From positions 124,001 to 188,000 of the forward strand of contig RHPI01002402.1 of NCBI GenBank assembly GCA_009103225.1: DNA of 64,000 nucleotides. Reading direction: 5' to 3'. The position numbers were made by a program, and so were the translations under genes. The DNA comes from Chlorokybus atmophyticus (lineage: Eukaryota; Plantae; Mesostigma and Chlorokybus algae). Below the pieces are notes generated by a model, which was given only the letters and a program-made list of their open reading frames with translations, did not search any database and was not told where the DNA came from. Shown piece by piece: positions 63,801 to 64,000 of this stretch (positions are counted from its first letter, which is position 1; the number at the start of each line of letters is the position of its first letter).

Positions 63801-64000
63801 GCTGGCCTAGCATGTTATATTCCTCCCTGTTGCCTTCCCACTTGGCCGCAGGTGAATTGAAAAGCCACCAACATCTTTTCGCCCACATTGTGCTGACACA
63901 TCAAATTCTTTTGGCCATACATCGGACCCTAAGAGGCAATAGCATATGCCACTGGCATATACCATGATGGTGTGACACATGTCACTTCAACCATGCTCAT

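Noticed and set aside
60960-64000. Short ORFs and a 9-bp-stem hairpin (62696-62719) at the right end
   Set aside because: No coherent spliced gene or motif was found, and the hairpin lacks the downstream CTRR expected of a Helitron end.
1-64000. Most ORF-track entries (His/Thr- or Cys/Val-rich, and antisense ORFs), CRISPR arrays and rRNA
   Set aside because: These ORFs arise from CA/GT-rich introns, microsatellites, N runs or the opposite strand of real genes. No repeat-spacer array or rRNA signature was seen.

Overview
Eukaryotic, intron-rich genomic DNA from a green alga. The plant-type gene set suggests an early-diverging streptophyte, which is an inference. Positions 1-43.5 kb hold 11 spliced host genes: a secreted S53-like/S8 protease, a small conserved membrane protein, HIGD, a DnaJ-type zinc-finger protein, CTR9, a clan GH-A hydrolase with SP-rich linker and NHL repeats, a RING-H2 protein, a PhnP-like metallo-beta-lactamase, an OEP16/Tim17-family protein, an SLC35A nucleotide-sugar transporter and a KAB1-like aldo-keto reductase. 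A probable twelfth gene encodes a Cys-less Rdx/SelW-like protein, and there is a tRNA-Leu(AAG). Positions 43995-60808 hold one degenerate Ty3/gypsy-type retrotransposon with TG..CA ends and a 4-bp CATA target-site duplication. It encodes gag, a long unknown region, protease, a C5 DNA methyltransferase, RT, RNase H, a DDE integrase and a PHD finger. Its termini are not two ordinary LTRs but split direct repeats (A1-body-B1-A2-B2), with an internal palindromic CA-gc-TG junction and a Tf1-like self-priming site. This is the most unusual signal in the window and suggests integration from a circular intermediate by a DDE integrase. A Ty1/copia element and an ankyrin-exon fragment interrupt it next to an assembly gap. 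Exon boundaries were derived by eye and no database searches were run.
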